Below, piece after piece: positions 27,829 through 37,127 of a DNA stretch of 44,970 bases. The number at the start of each line of letters is the position of its first letter. Position 1 is the stretch's first letter. A program made the translations under genes and the position numbers. The stretch is from a virus (taxonomy: Duplodnaviria > Caudoviricetes). The stretch is taken from positions 1-44,970 of IMG/VR virus record IMGVR_UViG_3300000872_000015; one strand, 5' to 3'. The notes below the pieces were generated by a model. The model was given only the letters and a program-made list of their open reading frames with translations. It did no database searches and was not told the origin of the DNA.

Positions 27829-28347
27829 TCATAGTATTTCAGGTATAAAGAATGATAGTTTACCTGTACATTTAATAGGGGTATCTAATGGAATCGGATT
27901 TTTAAGAATCCAATGGTAACAATATAAACCTCCCCAAGCAGTATTGGGATTGTCTGTTGATTTAATACAATCAACTATTTCGACACTTCCTATTATTGCA
28001 CCATATTTCAATGGTCTTTTTAGATCATTGATATACCCTCTTTGGTATTCACTTAAAACATTATTGGTTAAATCATAATCCTTTAATCCCGCATGAATCA
28101 ATATTCGTTTCCCTTTGTGTTTTTCCGGTAATTTCCAACTGCGGTTTTCAATGTCTTTTATTCCATTACATATAAGCGATGCCCACGGTTGACGAATAGA
28201 TAACGCGGGGACTGTATCCCATTCGCTTTCTATAATTGTATATCCGCATTTCTCGCAATCGTGGATATAGGTAGGAAAAGGAAATGTTTTTTCAATTGTG
28301 CCTAACTGTACTGCTCCACATTTGGGGCATTTTATAAACTGTTTCAT
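27829..28347 (-). CDS. ASCH domain protein with N-terminal Zn ribbon
   Basis: ALSIRQPWA...GIKDIENRSW...GAIIG; CPKC and HDCEKC. Confidence 0.85.
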   Translation of the reverse strand: MKQFIKCPKCGAVQLGTIEKTFPFPTYIHDCEKCGYTIIESEWDTVPALSIRQPWASLICNGIKDIENRSWKLPEKHKGKRILIHAGLKDYDLTNNVLSEYQRGYINDLKRPLKYGAIIGSVEIVDCIKSTDNPNTAWGGLYCYHWILKNPIPLDTPIKCTGKLSFFIPEIL

Positions 28348-28349
28348 AA

Positions 28350-28460
28350 CTATTTCTTCTTTTTAGGTGGTATTCCTGTTATTATTAATATTCCTACAAA
28401 CACTATATATGCGAGTACAAAACATAGAGCTTGTAAAAATTCAATTGAGTTATTCATCAT
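28350..28460 (-). CDS. Single-TM micropeptide copy 1 (MMNNSIEFLQALCFVLAYIVFVGILIITGIPPKKKK)
   Basis: Paralog of 28910-29017; overlaps the end of the upstream ORF. Confidence 0.65.
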   Translation of the reverse strand: MMNNSIEFLQALCFVLAYIVFVGILIITGIPPKKKK

Positions 28461-28617
28461 ACTTTTCTTTTAATTTTTCGATTTGCTTAACCTGTTCCTC
28501 CATTTCGGCAAGACACTTCTTGTATCCTTTATCTTCTGCCCTTACTTTTGTTTCTGTGTCTATACACACGAAGGCTGCAATCAACAATACCCACCAATAG
28601 CTTAATATTTCTTTCAT
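28450..28617 (-). CDS. Small membrane-anchored hypothetical protein
   Basis: MKEILSYWWVLLIAAFVC...; likely internal ATG of the ORF-track call. Confidence 0.45.
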   Translation of the reverse strand: MKEILSYWWVLLIAAFVCIDTETKVRAEDKGYKKCLAEMEEQVKQIEKLKEKYDE

Positions 28618-28624
28618 TTTGTTA

Positions 28625-28903
28625 TTATTTGATTTCTTCCATAAACATATCAGCCACCATATCAATAATGTTTTCTTCTACTTCTTCTCCTATTCCGGTA
28701 ATGGTGTCCGCTATTTTCTTTTTAATTTGAATTATTTTGTAAGTATTTTTGCCTTCGCTTAGTTTTTCAACTAATTCTTTACCAAAATTTTTAAGTAATC
28801 TAATTTGCTCTGTCGGAGTTATTTTGGAATATTTACCAAAACAATTTTTGTGTTCAAAATCGTATGCTAACTCACCTATTATTTTTAATATATATTTTTC
28901 CAT
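28625..28903 (-). CDS. Hypothetical protein
   Basis: ORF in operon. Confidence 0.55.
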   Translation of the reverse strand: MEKYILKIIGELAYDFEHKNCFGKYSKITPTEQIRLLKNFGKELVEKLSEGKNTYKIIQIKKKIADTITGIGEEVEENIIDMVADMFMEEIK

Positions 28904-28909
28904 CGCTCA

Positions 28910-29017
28910 CTATTTTTTCTTTTTAGGTGGTATTCCTGTTAATATTATCATTACAATAAACACCATGTATGCGAGTACAAAACATAGAGCTTGTAGAAAT
29001 TCAATTGATGGTTTCAT
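28910..29017 (-). CDS. Single-TM micropeptide copy 2 (MKPSIEFLQALCFVLAYMVFIVMIILTGIPPKKKK)
   Basis: ATGA overlap with the helicase-methylase stop codon. Confidence 0.65.
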   Translation of the reverse strand: MKPSIEFLQALCFVLAYMVFIVMIILTGIPPKKKK

Positions 29018-31539
29018 ACTGCTTGCCCTTTCATTTCCAACACATCAAAGAGAGTTGGCATGTTAATATCGTTGTGCATACATTTCACGTAAAAAATACC
29101 GTCACGGTAGTAATCAGGGTTGAGTTCAATAGCTATTGAACTACGTCCCATTTTCATAGCTTGGTATGGCGTTGACATTAAACCGCCGAATGGGTCAAGA
29201 ACAACATCGTTTTTATTCGAGAATAAATCAATTAACCTTTCGATTATATCGAGTTGAAGCGGGCATATATGTTTCTCCTTTTTCTTCGATGTCTGTTTTG
29301 TGTTCAAGGTGTTGGTCCGTTGGATATCGTCCCAAACCATTACATTATTCGACACAGGGGGCAAAGTCATAAACTTACGGCTTAGCTTCCCTTTTTCGTC
29401 AAGCGATTTACTAAGGTGTTTATGTTCTTTGAAATCGTACAGACCTTCTTTTTCATATTGCTTCCATTGTTTTACAATCTGTTTTAGGTCATACTGCAGT
29501 AGCGTTTCGAGGTCAACATGTTTATTCCCCGAACTGCGCCAGTAGCTGTGTGCATCTAATTGCCACAACCACACCGGATAATCTTCTTTGCTTTTACTTA
29601 CTGGCTCATCGGCGTAGGCGTTATTCATTTCGGTTGGGGCTTTTCTGAAAAGTAGAATGTATTCCGGCAACCCACATCCCATTTTAATAGCATCTTTGCA
29701 TTTTTCGGAATGACCTAAACGATAGGTTTGATTGTTTTCGGCGACAACATCTGTCGTTACCGTAATTTTCCCCATCAGATAAAATCCGTGCTTTTGGTAA
29801 TGTGCTACCGTTTTTCCGCTGAAATCTTCGATAGTGGTAAACGACGTGCCGTTTTGATAGCTGTAACGGATGCGGTCTTTTACATGTATAGCAGCTATAT
29901 GGCCGGGTTTTAATACTCTTAGCAAATTAGGAGTTAAGAAGTTCATCTGTTTGAAAAAAGCATCATTTCCATTGTTATGGCCATAGTCATTATAATAGTC
30001 TGAATATTCGTAATGATCTCCGAACGGTATTGATGTCACGATTAAATCAATTGAATTATCTTTGATTTCGTTTTCGTCCGACAAAACAATAGTATTGTCG
30101 TTATTGTAAAGCGTTGCATTGCCAATTTGTAGCTTATCGCCACTTTCAAATAGTTGTCTTTCCATTTGTGATTTAATTAAATTTGTGTTTAATCCGAATT
30201 CGCGAACAAGTGCAATCATTTCACGTTGTAGTTCTTTGTGTTTTGCCCATTTCTCCATGAGCGTTTTATACACATGCTGTTCGTATTGTGTAAAAATGAG
30301 GTGCAAGTTTACACGTTGCATCTGTCCGTATCGCAAGATGCGATGTACTGCCTGAATGAAATCGTTAAACTTATAGTCGATGCCTACAAAAATGGCATTG
30401 AAGCAAAATTCTTGAAAGTTACATCCACTTCCGGCAATGCTCGGCTTGGTTATCAAGTATTGAAATTTGCCCTCCGAGAAATCGATAAGGCTTTTTTCTT
30501 TCAGCGCATTGGTTTGCGAACCAAATACACTTCGATAATCTAAGCCTTTCAGTTGAAACTCTAACTCTTTGCGCTCATCCTCTAAATGATGCCAAAGCAA
30601 CCAATTATCATTAGACCCTTTTAATATGAGCATTGCTTCTTTAACCCGAAATTCAAGGCTATCTCTTTTCTCCCGTGATGTGTCAAGCAAACTTTTTGTT
30701 GCATCTTTAAAAAGTACGGGATTTCCGAATTTGTCGGTTGCCCGGTCCTTTGGTCTGTAATCGACAATATGCTCAACTATGTTTATTTCCGGTAAGTCAT
30801 AATCGGTATCATCATAACCTAAATCAGACGGTTTATTGATAAAAGCTGCCCATGTACTTACCCATTGCCAAAACTCTTTTTTCTTCGATTCTAATAGCTG
30901 AAGATCTCCGGCTTTGGTTGAGTTTCTTTTAAAGAATCTTGTCAATAAATGACCACGATCTGCAATTCCTAAAAAATCGGCATAGTTCAGCAACTCAATG
31001 AAATCATTTGGCGAAGGTGTAGCTGTGGCAACAAATCGATATTGAACCTTTTTGAAATAGCTTAAAATGTAATTTGTTGTTTCAGTTTTCAGATTTCTCA
31101 AAATAGATGCTTCATCGAAACTAACGCCTGAGAATTTTAAAGGATCAATATCTCCTTTCCTTATCCTCTCATAATTGGTAAGGTAGATTTTATTCTCATA
31201 ATTCTCGATGTTGTCGGTATCGGTTATGTATTTTATTTCGTAATCAGTTCCCAACTTCCGGTTATCGCGTTTAAACTCTCCAACTACGCCCAACGGACAC
31301 GCGATAAGGAACGGTTTGTTTTCCTTTTTAATACAATTAACTGCTATAATCAACTGCATGAAAGTTTTACCCAACCCGAACGATGCGAAGATAGCCCTGC
31401 GACCGCCCGTAATGCTCCAATGGCAAATATCCTTTTGGTGCGGTTTGGCAATCTCAGGCATCCAGTTAGGGTCAAATCCGAACGATTCGGCGATGATAAC
31501 CTTCGATTTTAAATACTCTATGTATTTTTCGTTTTTCAT
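29014..31539 (-). CDS. SNF2-like helicase fused to N4/N6 DNA methyltransferase
   Basis: FGLGKT, DEAS, TATP, QAVHRILRYGQ; TSIPF, HICPLQ, LDPFGG; likely ATG at 31539. Confidence 0.85.
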   Translation of the reverse strand: MKNEKYIEYLKSKVIIAESFGFDPNWMPEIAKPHQKDICHWSITGGRRAIFASFGLGKTFMQLIIAVNCIKKENKPFLIACPLGVVGEFKRDNRKLGTDYEIKYITDTDNIENYENKIYLTNYERIRKGDIDPLKFSGVSFDEASILRNLKTETTNYILSYFKKVQYRFVATATPSPNDFIELLNYADFLGIADRGHLLTRFFKRNSTKAGDLQLLESKKKEFWQWVSTWAAFINKPSDLGYDDTDYDLPEINIVEHIVDYRPKDRATDKFGNPVLFKDATKSLLDTSREKRDSLEFRVKEAMLILKGSNDNWLLWHHLEDERKELEFQLKGLDYRSVFGSQTNALKEKSLIDFSEGKFQYLITKPSIAGSGCNFQEFCFNAIFVGIDYKFNDFIQAVHRILRYGQMQRVNLHLIFTQYEQHVYKTLMEKWAKHKELQREMIALVREFGLNTNLIKSQMERQLFESGDKLQIGNATLYNNDNTIVLSDENEIKDNSIDLIVTSIPFGDHYEYSDYYNDYGHNNGNDAFFKQMNFLTPNLLRVLKPGHIAAIHVKDRIRYSYQNGTSFTTIEDFSGKTVAHYQKHGFYLMGKITVTTDVVAENNQTYRLGHSEKCKDAIKMGCGLPEYILLFRKAPTEMNNAYADEPVSKSKEDYPVWLWQLDAHSYWRSSGNKHVDLETLLQYDLKQIVKQWKQYEKEGLYDFKEHKHLSKSLDEKGKLSRKFMTLPPVSNNVMVWDDIQRTNTLNTKQTSKKKEKHICPLQLDIIERLIDLFSNKNDVVLDPFGGLMSTPYQAMKMGRSSIAIELNPDYYRDGIFYVKCMHNDINMPTLFDVLEMKGQAV

Positions 31540-31573
31540 TTGTTTTGCTTCTTTTAGTGAAGCGCGCGCTTTG

Positions 31574-31656
31574 AACCGGATGCGGGATTCGAACCCGCGC
31601 AAGGACAACCTATATTTCAAGGATTCGATACCTCTTCTCATTACGTCAAATCCGGC
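31574..31656 (-). ncRNA. tRNA-like element (acceptor stem and T arm only)
   Basis: GCCGGAT/ATCCGGT stem; GCGGG-TTCGAAT-CCCGC; no canonical D or anticodon arm. Confidence 0.6.
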
Positions 31657-31700
31657 TGTTTTGAAAGAAATTCTTGGCGGAATAATTCAAAACGTTGTTT

Positions 31701-31922
31701 TTATCTTTTTGCTTCGAACATTGGACACGCCCCGTCATTTGCTTTTACTTTTTTATGTCCGTATGCTGTTCTGTTTGATTTAAACTTGCTGCAATATTTC
31801 ATTCGTGGGTTGTACATATGCGAGTAAATGAACTTACACCCACGGCAACGGTTCTTGTCTCGAAACCTGACCATCCGAATAGAAACAAAGAGCATTAATA
31901 TTATGAACAGAATGAGCCACAT
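31701..31922 (-). CDS. Small membrane-anchored Cys-rich protein
   Basis: N-terminal TM helix; CRGC..C..C. Confidence 0.5.
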   Translation of the reverse strand: MWLILFIILMLFVSIRMVRFRDKNRCRGCKFIYSHMYNPRMKYCSKFKSNRTAYGHKKVKANDGACPMFEAKR

Positions 31923-31924
31923 TT

Positions 31925-32668
31925 CTACTGTTCAATTATCGCGATGTCGGGAGCAAGTTCTCTAATCGCTAATATTTGTTCATCAATCACCTCGTCACGG
32001 ATATCTTCTAATGCTTGGTTTGCTTCGGGCGAATACAACTGCAACAATACCGAACGTCCGTTAATCGATGCATAGAACTCAACTTCCAATTCTTCTGCTT
32101 CACGACCTTTGAACAATGGTATTTTAAGTTTGAATTTTCCGGGCAAGTTAGAGGTAACTGCTCCTGAATAGTTGTCCTTAAAATCTCCACCTTCTGATTT
32201 CTGTTTTTCGATAGTTGTATTAACCTTGGCTTCGAAGTTCAGTAATACAGTTACTAACTCCATGTTTTCGGTACGATCAACAAAAAAGTAGCGGTTCATT
32301 TTAAAGAATTGCCCCAACTGGTTAGGCTCCCATTCTTTTTCCAAATTGATTCCAAACTCTTTAAACTTTGGATGCTGACTGAGAACACCTTTAACTTTTC
32401 CGGTTTCATATTCATCGTGTTCGTTGGTGATGAGTTTAATGGTTAATTCCTGACGGTTTACGAGAATATGGCAACGCTTTTGATTGATTTGATCCTCTTG
32501 GTCTAACCGTTTGGTCAGAAATTCAAAAGGCGAACCAATTACACCAGTCAAATCGACTTTTACAGGTGCTTTTACTTGAAGTGCGTTTTCTTCTTTCAAC
32601 TCACGGACTATTACTTCCGCTTTTTCCATGCCAGGGGCAAGGTTGATGTTAAATTTTTCTTCTGACAT
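31925..32668 (-). CDS. Hypothetical phage protein
   Basis: 247 aa; LPGKFKLKIPLFKG; coupled to upstream ORF. Confidence 0.6.
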   Translation of the reverse strand: MSEEKFNINLAPGMEKAEVIVRELKEENALQVKAPVKVDLTGVIGSPFEFLTKRLDQEDQINQKRCHILVNRQELTIKLITNEHDEYETGKVKGVLSQHPKFKEFGINLEKEWEPNQLGQFFKMNRYFFVDRTENMELVTVLLNFEAKVNTTIEKQKSEGGDFKDNYSGAVTSNLPGKFKLKIPLFKGREAEELEVEFYASINGRSVLLQLYSPEANQALEDIRDEVIDEQILAIRELAPDIAIIEQ

Positions 32669-32670
32669 AA

Positions 32671-33063
32671 TTAACTTGATTTTTTCATTTGAAATATTGT
32701 TGCCTGCAACTCATTTGGGCGACATGGGCGTTGATGTACCAAATGTCCATTCGGGTTGTATATCCCAACTTCGCGGGCTTCAAGGTCGATCATTACAAAA
32801 CAATCTTCCTCTACGAATTCACCTTTTTGGCGAATATTGACAAGAAGCTTTTTATGTGCTTCTTTAGGCTCTTTCAGTTGCTCGTTGAAGCGTGCAACTG
32901 TTTCTTTTTTCTCTAACTCTAAATCATTAATATCTAAAGAAACCTCAGCCAAATCGCTTTTAAATTCGCTAAGCTCTTCTTCTGAATATTGTTTGAAATA
33001 GTTGTAATTTTCTTTTCTGTCAGCGTTATCTGCTAACAGTTGCGGTGCAATGTATTTGTCCAT
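32671..33063 (-). CDS. Hypothetical coiled-coil phage protein
   Basis: 130 aa ORF in operon. Confidence 0.6.
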   Translation of the reverse strand: MDKYIAPQLLADNADRKENYNYFKQYSEEELSEFKSDLAEVSLDINDLELEKKETVARFNEQLKEPKEAHKKLLVNIRQKGEFVEEDCFVMIDLEAREVGIYNPNGHLVHQRPCRPNELQATIFQMKKSS

Positions 33064-33098
33064 AACTAAATTGTTTAACTTACTTTTGATATGTAATT

Positions 33099-33536
33099 TT
33101 AAAAAGGTAGATCATCCTGCTGAGGCTCAAAATCGCTATTACTGTAAGTATTAGCCTTGTCTTTTGCATAAGTGGCATCGTGATAATTTTCTGCTGCGGT
33201 TTGTTCCTTCTTGCCTCCTAACATCTGCATATTATTTGCAAAAATTTCAGTTACATAGTGTCGCTGTCCGTCTTTCTCGTAGTTCCGTGTTTTTAACTTA
33301 CCTTCAATATAAAGCTGCATTCCCTTAAAAACATATTGTTCTACGACTTCGGCTAAACGTCCCCAGATAACGACATTGTGCCATTCCGTGGACTCTTTCT
33401 TTTCTCCGTTTTTGTCGGTATATGATTCACTCGTTGCGAGCGAAAAAGATGCTACCGTATTTCCATTGTCAAGATGATTAACTCTTGGATCTTGCCCTAG
33501 TCTCCCGATTAAAAAAACTTTATTTATTCCACTCAT
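33099..33536 (-). CDS. ssb: Single-stranded DNA-binding protein
   Basis: INKVFLIGRLGQDP, TEWHNVV, C-terminal DDLPF. Confidence 0.97.
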   Translation of the reverse strand: MSGINKVFLIGRLGQDPRVNHLDNGNTVASFSLATSESYTDKNGEKKESTEWHNVVIWGRLAEVVEQYVFKGMQLYIEGKLKTRNYEKDGQRHYVTEIFANNMQMLGGKKEQTAAENYHDATYAKDKANTYSNSDFEPQQDDLPF

Positions 33537-34165
33537 TTTATTACGTTATATGATGGTTTGTATATTTTTGAATTGCCCCATGGATTAACTAAGCCTCTTT
33601 CCTTTAGAAGCTCGTTAAATTTGTGTTTGAATATTTCTGCTTGTGCTGTGTAGAAAATTAGATCATCATGTCCTATCTTTTGAGATAGTTCTTTTAGTTT
33701 AATGACTTCTTCAATTCCTATTTCTTTAATTAAGTTTATTTCGAATTTTTCAGGTACTCCGGAATGAAAATAATTGCATTTTACGCATTGAGGACGACCA
33801 TTGTTTTCGTGAAATCGAGTTGTTTTGTAGCCTCGGCGTTGCCAGTGTCCTAGCTGTATTTTTTTTATATGATGAATGTTTCCACATGTATAACACTTGC
33901 AATACAATTCTCCGTTTACTTCGAACGAATATTTAAGCCTTATGTATCTGCTAAAATACATGTCGGCTTTTTCCATTGCTTTTTGTCTGGGCGTTTTCTT
34001 TCTTCTTTTCTTTGTTGCTTTCTTCTTTGTTGGTGTATTTAATTTCGTCTTATTCTTTTCAATAAGACATTGGGGACATACCCATATTGTAGAATTAGGT
34101 CTGCGGTATTTCGGAATACCATGTTTCTTGCATATAGGAGCATACTTGCGTTTGGATAAATTCAT
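33533..34165 (-). CDS. NinG/Rap-like recombination endonuclease
   Basis: FSRYIR, CYTCG, GHW..R, QCVKCN. Confidence 0.85.
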   Translation of the reverse strand: MNLSKRKYAPICKKHGIPKYRRPNSTIWVCPQCLIEKNKTKLNTPTKKKATKKRRKKTPRQKAMEKADMYFSRYIRLKYSFEVNGELYCKCYTCGNIHHIKKIQLGHWQRRGYKTTRFHENNGRPQCVKCNYFHSGVPEKFEINLIKEIGIEEVIKLKELSQKIGHDDLIFYTAQAEIFKHKFNELLKERGLVNPWGNSKIYKPSYNVIK

Positions 34166-34180
34166 AAGGGATAGAAGAAA

Positions 34181-34363
34181 TTAAGATTCTTTTCGATATT
34201 CACAGAATGATATAATTGCAAATACGGCAATAATGAGGGCAGCGTAAATGCAATGTGGCTTGTCTTTTATTATGTAGCCCAATAACTCGACTATTGCGAG
34301 TATTGCAAATATTACAGCAAAGACAAGATTGTTAAGTTTGAAAAATGTATTCATTACACCCAA
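34181..34363 (-). CDS. Small two-TM membrane protein
   Basis: Hydrophobic 60-aa ORF. Confidence 0.5.
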   Translation of the reverse strand: MGVMNTFFKLNNLVFAVIFAILAIVELLGYIIKDKPHCIYAALIIAVFAIISFCEYRKES

Positions 34364-34770
34364 TCTTTATAAGTTTCATAAAACTGTTCCCATGCTAAGT
34401 CATCTGGATTTGGTAATATTATTCCTAGTTCACTGGATGAAAAAGCATCTATCTTTTCTATAAAAAAAGTAAATTGCTTAGTGCTTAATTCTGTCGTAGA
34501 CATTGGCTTTTCTATAATTTCTCCCGAAAGTGTTTTTACATTTTTGCGAGGTAGAAACATGCGTTTAAATTCCTCGTGTACTTGTTCTTTGTCACTTCCT
34601 GTCTCATCACAAATACAAGCTATCTTCAACCAATAAAGTCTGTTCTGTGGTAATGTACGTCTAACTACTTTGCGAGTGATGATAATCTTATATTCTTTGT
34701 TGTCCGGTAGTTTACTGATATAGTTAATTACCGCCTTTTTGGTGATCGGTTTTGTTACGTAGAATTTCAT
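34354..34770 (-). CDS. NinB-like protein
   Basis: RTLPQNRLYW, STTELSTKQF, GIILP. Confidence 0.8.
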   Translation of the reverse strand: MKFYVTKPITKKAVINYISKLPDNKEYKIIITRKVVRRTLPQNRLYWLKIACICDETGSDKEQVHEEFKRMFLPRKNVKTLSGEIIEKPMSTTELSTKQFTFFIEKIDAFSSSELGIILPNPDDLAWEQFYETYKDWV

Positions 34771-34780
34771 TCTATTTCTT

Positions 34781-34816
34781 TAAAGAAAGGATGCCCATAT
34801 TTTAATGAACACCCTT
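34781..34816 (-). terminator. Putative intrinsic terminator
   Basis: Minus strand AAGGGTGTTCAT...ATGGGCATCCTTTCTTT with G-U pairs. Confidence 0.45.
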
Positions 34817-34840
34817 ATTACTACTACCTAAAATGAAACC

Positions 34841-35653
34841 TTAGATTTCAACAAATCCACGGTTATAAAATTCATATGATGATAAAAAAAGATCTTCCTC
34901 TGCACATCTTCTAAATTCGATTAGAGAATTATCCAATTTGTTAAACCCTGTTTGTAGAGTTTCCTTTGATAATTTTACTACGGTTACATTTATATCATTA
35001 TCAATGAAAATTAAATAATAATTATAAATGCCAGTATAGGCTGAATATATTGCAGCTTGTAAATCGTAATTGTTGTCTCTAATACTCCATCTTACTTTGT
35101 TGAAATCAGCATTTGCAACTTTTTTTAAGTCAAGAATATAATTATTCCCTAATCCGTCAATTTTTCCAGTTATAAGGAAATCATTGTATTCAAAACTAAT
35201 TGATTTCTCTGTTTCGGACAATCCCGACATTAAGTCCCTTGTCGCAGAACATGTACGCAGGTATTTTTCCATTTCTTTATACAGGTTATAATCCTGTATA
35301 GATATGCGTTCTTTTCCTTGATTTTGAGCGATTTGTTTTTGTAGCCATGTTTTGTACTCATTCGTTCCTCTAGGTTTTGCTCCACCTATTTTTTTTACTT
35401 TTTCAGTATCATCTAAAACCCAATAGTTGTTTTCAAATTCAACGGGTTCTAAAATTGACATATGAAAGATTTTGCCATCTTCCATTGCCTTTGTTGTTTT
35501 TGGGGCTGTCTTATATCTAAAAAAGTGTTTCGGTGATTGAAGAAAAGCTCTAAGGGCTGAATAACTCAACCCTTTTTCTTTATTCATTATTTGTTCTATT
35601 TTCTTTTGGAAAATTGTTTCTTTGGTTTCAACGGTTTCAATTGTAGATTCCAT
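34841..35653 (-). CDS. PD-(D/E)XK exonuclease (RecE/exonuclease VIII-like)
   Basis: LSYSAL, GKIFH..ILEP, GKIDG..ILDLK, YDLQAAIY. Confidence 0.8.
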   Translation of the reverse strand: MESTIETVETKETIFQKKIEQIMNKEKGLSYSALRAFLQSPKHFFRYKTAPKTTKAMEDGKIFHMSILEPVEFENNYWVLDDTEKVKKIGGAKPRGTNEYKTWLQKQIAQNQGKERISIQDYNLYKEMEKYLRTCSATRDLMSGLSETEKSISFEYNDFLITGKIDGLGNNYILDLKKVANADFNKVRWSIRDNNYDLQAAIYSAYTGIYNYYLIFIDNDINVTVVKLSKETLQTGFNKLDNSLIEFRRCAEEDLFLSSYEFYNRGFVEI

Positions 35654-35748
35654 AATATTGTATGGTTTTGAAGTTCATTTGAAAAATGTTCAATAATGTA
35701 TTGATTCGCTCGTGTTTGAGTGAATAGAGTAGAAGATGCAGACATGTT

Positions 35749-36357
35749 TTAATTTTTTAAGTCAATTTCAAGTTCTGTAAAAACAGCTTTCGATATTTTG
35801 TAATATTGACGCAAATCTTTCGCTTTCAATCCTTGTTCTTTTGCCTTGTTTACAACCTTAATATATTCGGGTGATTCTTTTTCTTGTTTTTTATCTACCC
35901 ATTTATTCAACCATGTGTCAGGTTCTTTATCTTCTTCTTTTTTTGAACCTTTATCTTTCTTCTTGTCGTTTGTGTCAGGGTCTATGTTGTTATCTTTGAT
36001 GTCAAAAGCTACTTGTAATAAGTATCTTTCTGTAAATGTAACTGCTCCTCCTACTTGCTGTGTGGCATTTGTTGCTTTTATCTCAGGAATTGCAGTTGCC
36101 ATCTCAAATACAATTGATTGGTCACTTTCGAGGTCAACTATTGTTAGAAATCCTGTTTCTCCTAATTCATTTCTTTTAAGAGAAAACATTGGTAATATTT
36201 TTTGGTTTTCGCTTGCCTCAAAAGTTAACTGTGATATTTGTTCAGGCAAGAAGTATTTATATTCACTATAATCATTCCAACCTAGTTTTTCAGCACCACA
36301 TGTTTTAATGTATTTCCGCGCTTCATGAAGTTTTTGATAAATGCTTAATTTTTCCAT
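35749..36357 (-). CDS. ERF-family single-strand annealing protein
   Basis: IYQKL, N..S.YKY, GGAVTFTERYLL. Confidence 0.8.
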   Translation of the reverse strand: MEKLSIYQKLHEARKYIKTCGAEKLGWNDYSEYKYFLPEQISQLTFEASENQKILPMFSLKRNELGETGFLTIVDLESDQSIVFEMATAIPEIKATNATQQVGGAVTFTERYLLQVAFDIKDNNIDPDTNDKKKDKGSKKEEDKEPDTWLNKWVDKKQEKESPEYIKVVNKAKEQGLKAKDLRQYYKISKAVFTELEIDLKN

Positions 36358-36378
36358 AGTAGTAGTTTTTATATTGAT

Positions 36379-36588
36379 TTATACTTTCAATAATTCTAAT
36401 TCTCGGTTAAATTTATTCTTCCAGTATGCAAGGCATTTAACCTGTATTTCAATATCTCTTTCTTGCTTGTCTTTATTTCCAAATATTTTGTAATAAATGG
36501 ATTCTCTAATGTTCTTAATTTTCTTACTTGTAATGTCTATATTGAGAGACATCTTTTCAAGCTTTTCAATTCGTTCTATTCGTTTCAT
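36379..36588 (-). CDS. Hypothetical protein
   Basis: ORF coupled to upstream gene. Confidence 0.5.
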   Translation of the reverse strand: MKRIERIEKLEKMSLNIDITSKKIKNIRESIYYKIFGNKDKQERDIEIQVKCLAYWKNKFNRELELLKV

Positions 36589-36821
36589 AAGGCATATTCG
36601 TTATAGATTTCTGGGTTTAATTCAACTATTCCAGTTCCGTTGCAATGTTCGCATTCGTCAATCATGCGTTCATCTTTAGGAGCTTTCAACCATGTTGCAT
36701 AGTCAACTTCGCCATCTTCGGCAGTAACGTATATCTTGCCATTGTCGCAAAATTCACATTCTATTGTTTCAGGTTCTTCGCTGCACATCGGACAGCCAAG
36801 TCCATAGCATTCTGTACACAT
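36585..36821 (-). CDS. DnaJ-type zinc-finger protein
   Basis: CxxCxG, CxxC, CxxCxxG, CxxCxGxG. Confidence 0.65.
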   Translation of the reverse strand: MCTECYGLGCPMCSEEPETIECEFCDNGKIYVTAEDGEVDYATWLKAPKDERMIDECEHCNGTGIVELNPEIYNEYAL

Positions 36822-36905
36822 ATCTTATTAATTTTTAAAGAAAGGGCGAGCGAAGAAGATGCCCGCCCCATAAACATAAACTGAAACATAAACCAAACTA
36901 CCAAG

Positions 36906-36985
36906 TACCGGATGCGGGACTCGAACCCGCGACACGTCATACAAGTCGATGTACTTAGTTGCTCTACCAACTGAGCTAATCCGGT
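36906..36985 (-). ncRNA. tRNA-like RNA with aberrant anticodon arm
   Basis: ACCGGAT/ATCCGGT acceptor, GCTC-AGTTGGTA-GAGC D arm, GCGGG-TTCGAGT-CCCGC T arm; displaced stem GTACA/TGTAT with a 6-nt loop. Confidence 0.75.
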
Positions 36986-36993
36986 TTCCATCT

Positions 36994-37116
36994 TTAATCA
37001 GTTATAATAGATAACTGACCACAGGCTGCACCATTTTCGACTTCGCTTTGGGTAGCGATTGCAACGGCATAATCATAGCCGTTTTCCTCTAACTGTTTTT
37101 TGATTTTTTCAGTCAT
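36994..37116 (-). CDS. 40-aa peptide carrying the RlmN catalytic motif: MTEKIKKQLEENGYDYAVAIATQSEVENGAACGQLSIITD
   Basis: Own ATG 11 nt after the radical SAM stop; AACGQL. Confidence 0.85.
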   Translation of the reverse strand: MTEKIKKQLEENGYDYAVAIATQSEVENGAACGQLSIITD

Positions 37117-37127
37117 AACACAAATTT

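Noticed and set aside
28350-29017. Repeat pair as DGR template/variable repeat
   Set aside because: Mismatches are not adenine-specific, both copies are coding, and there is no reverse transcriptase in the window.
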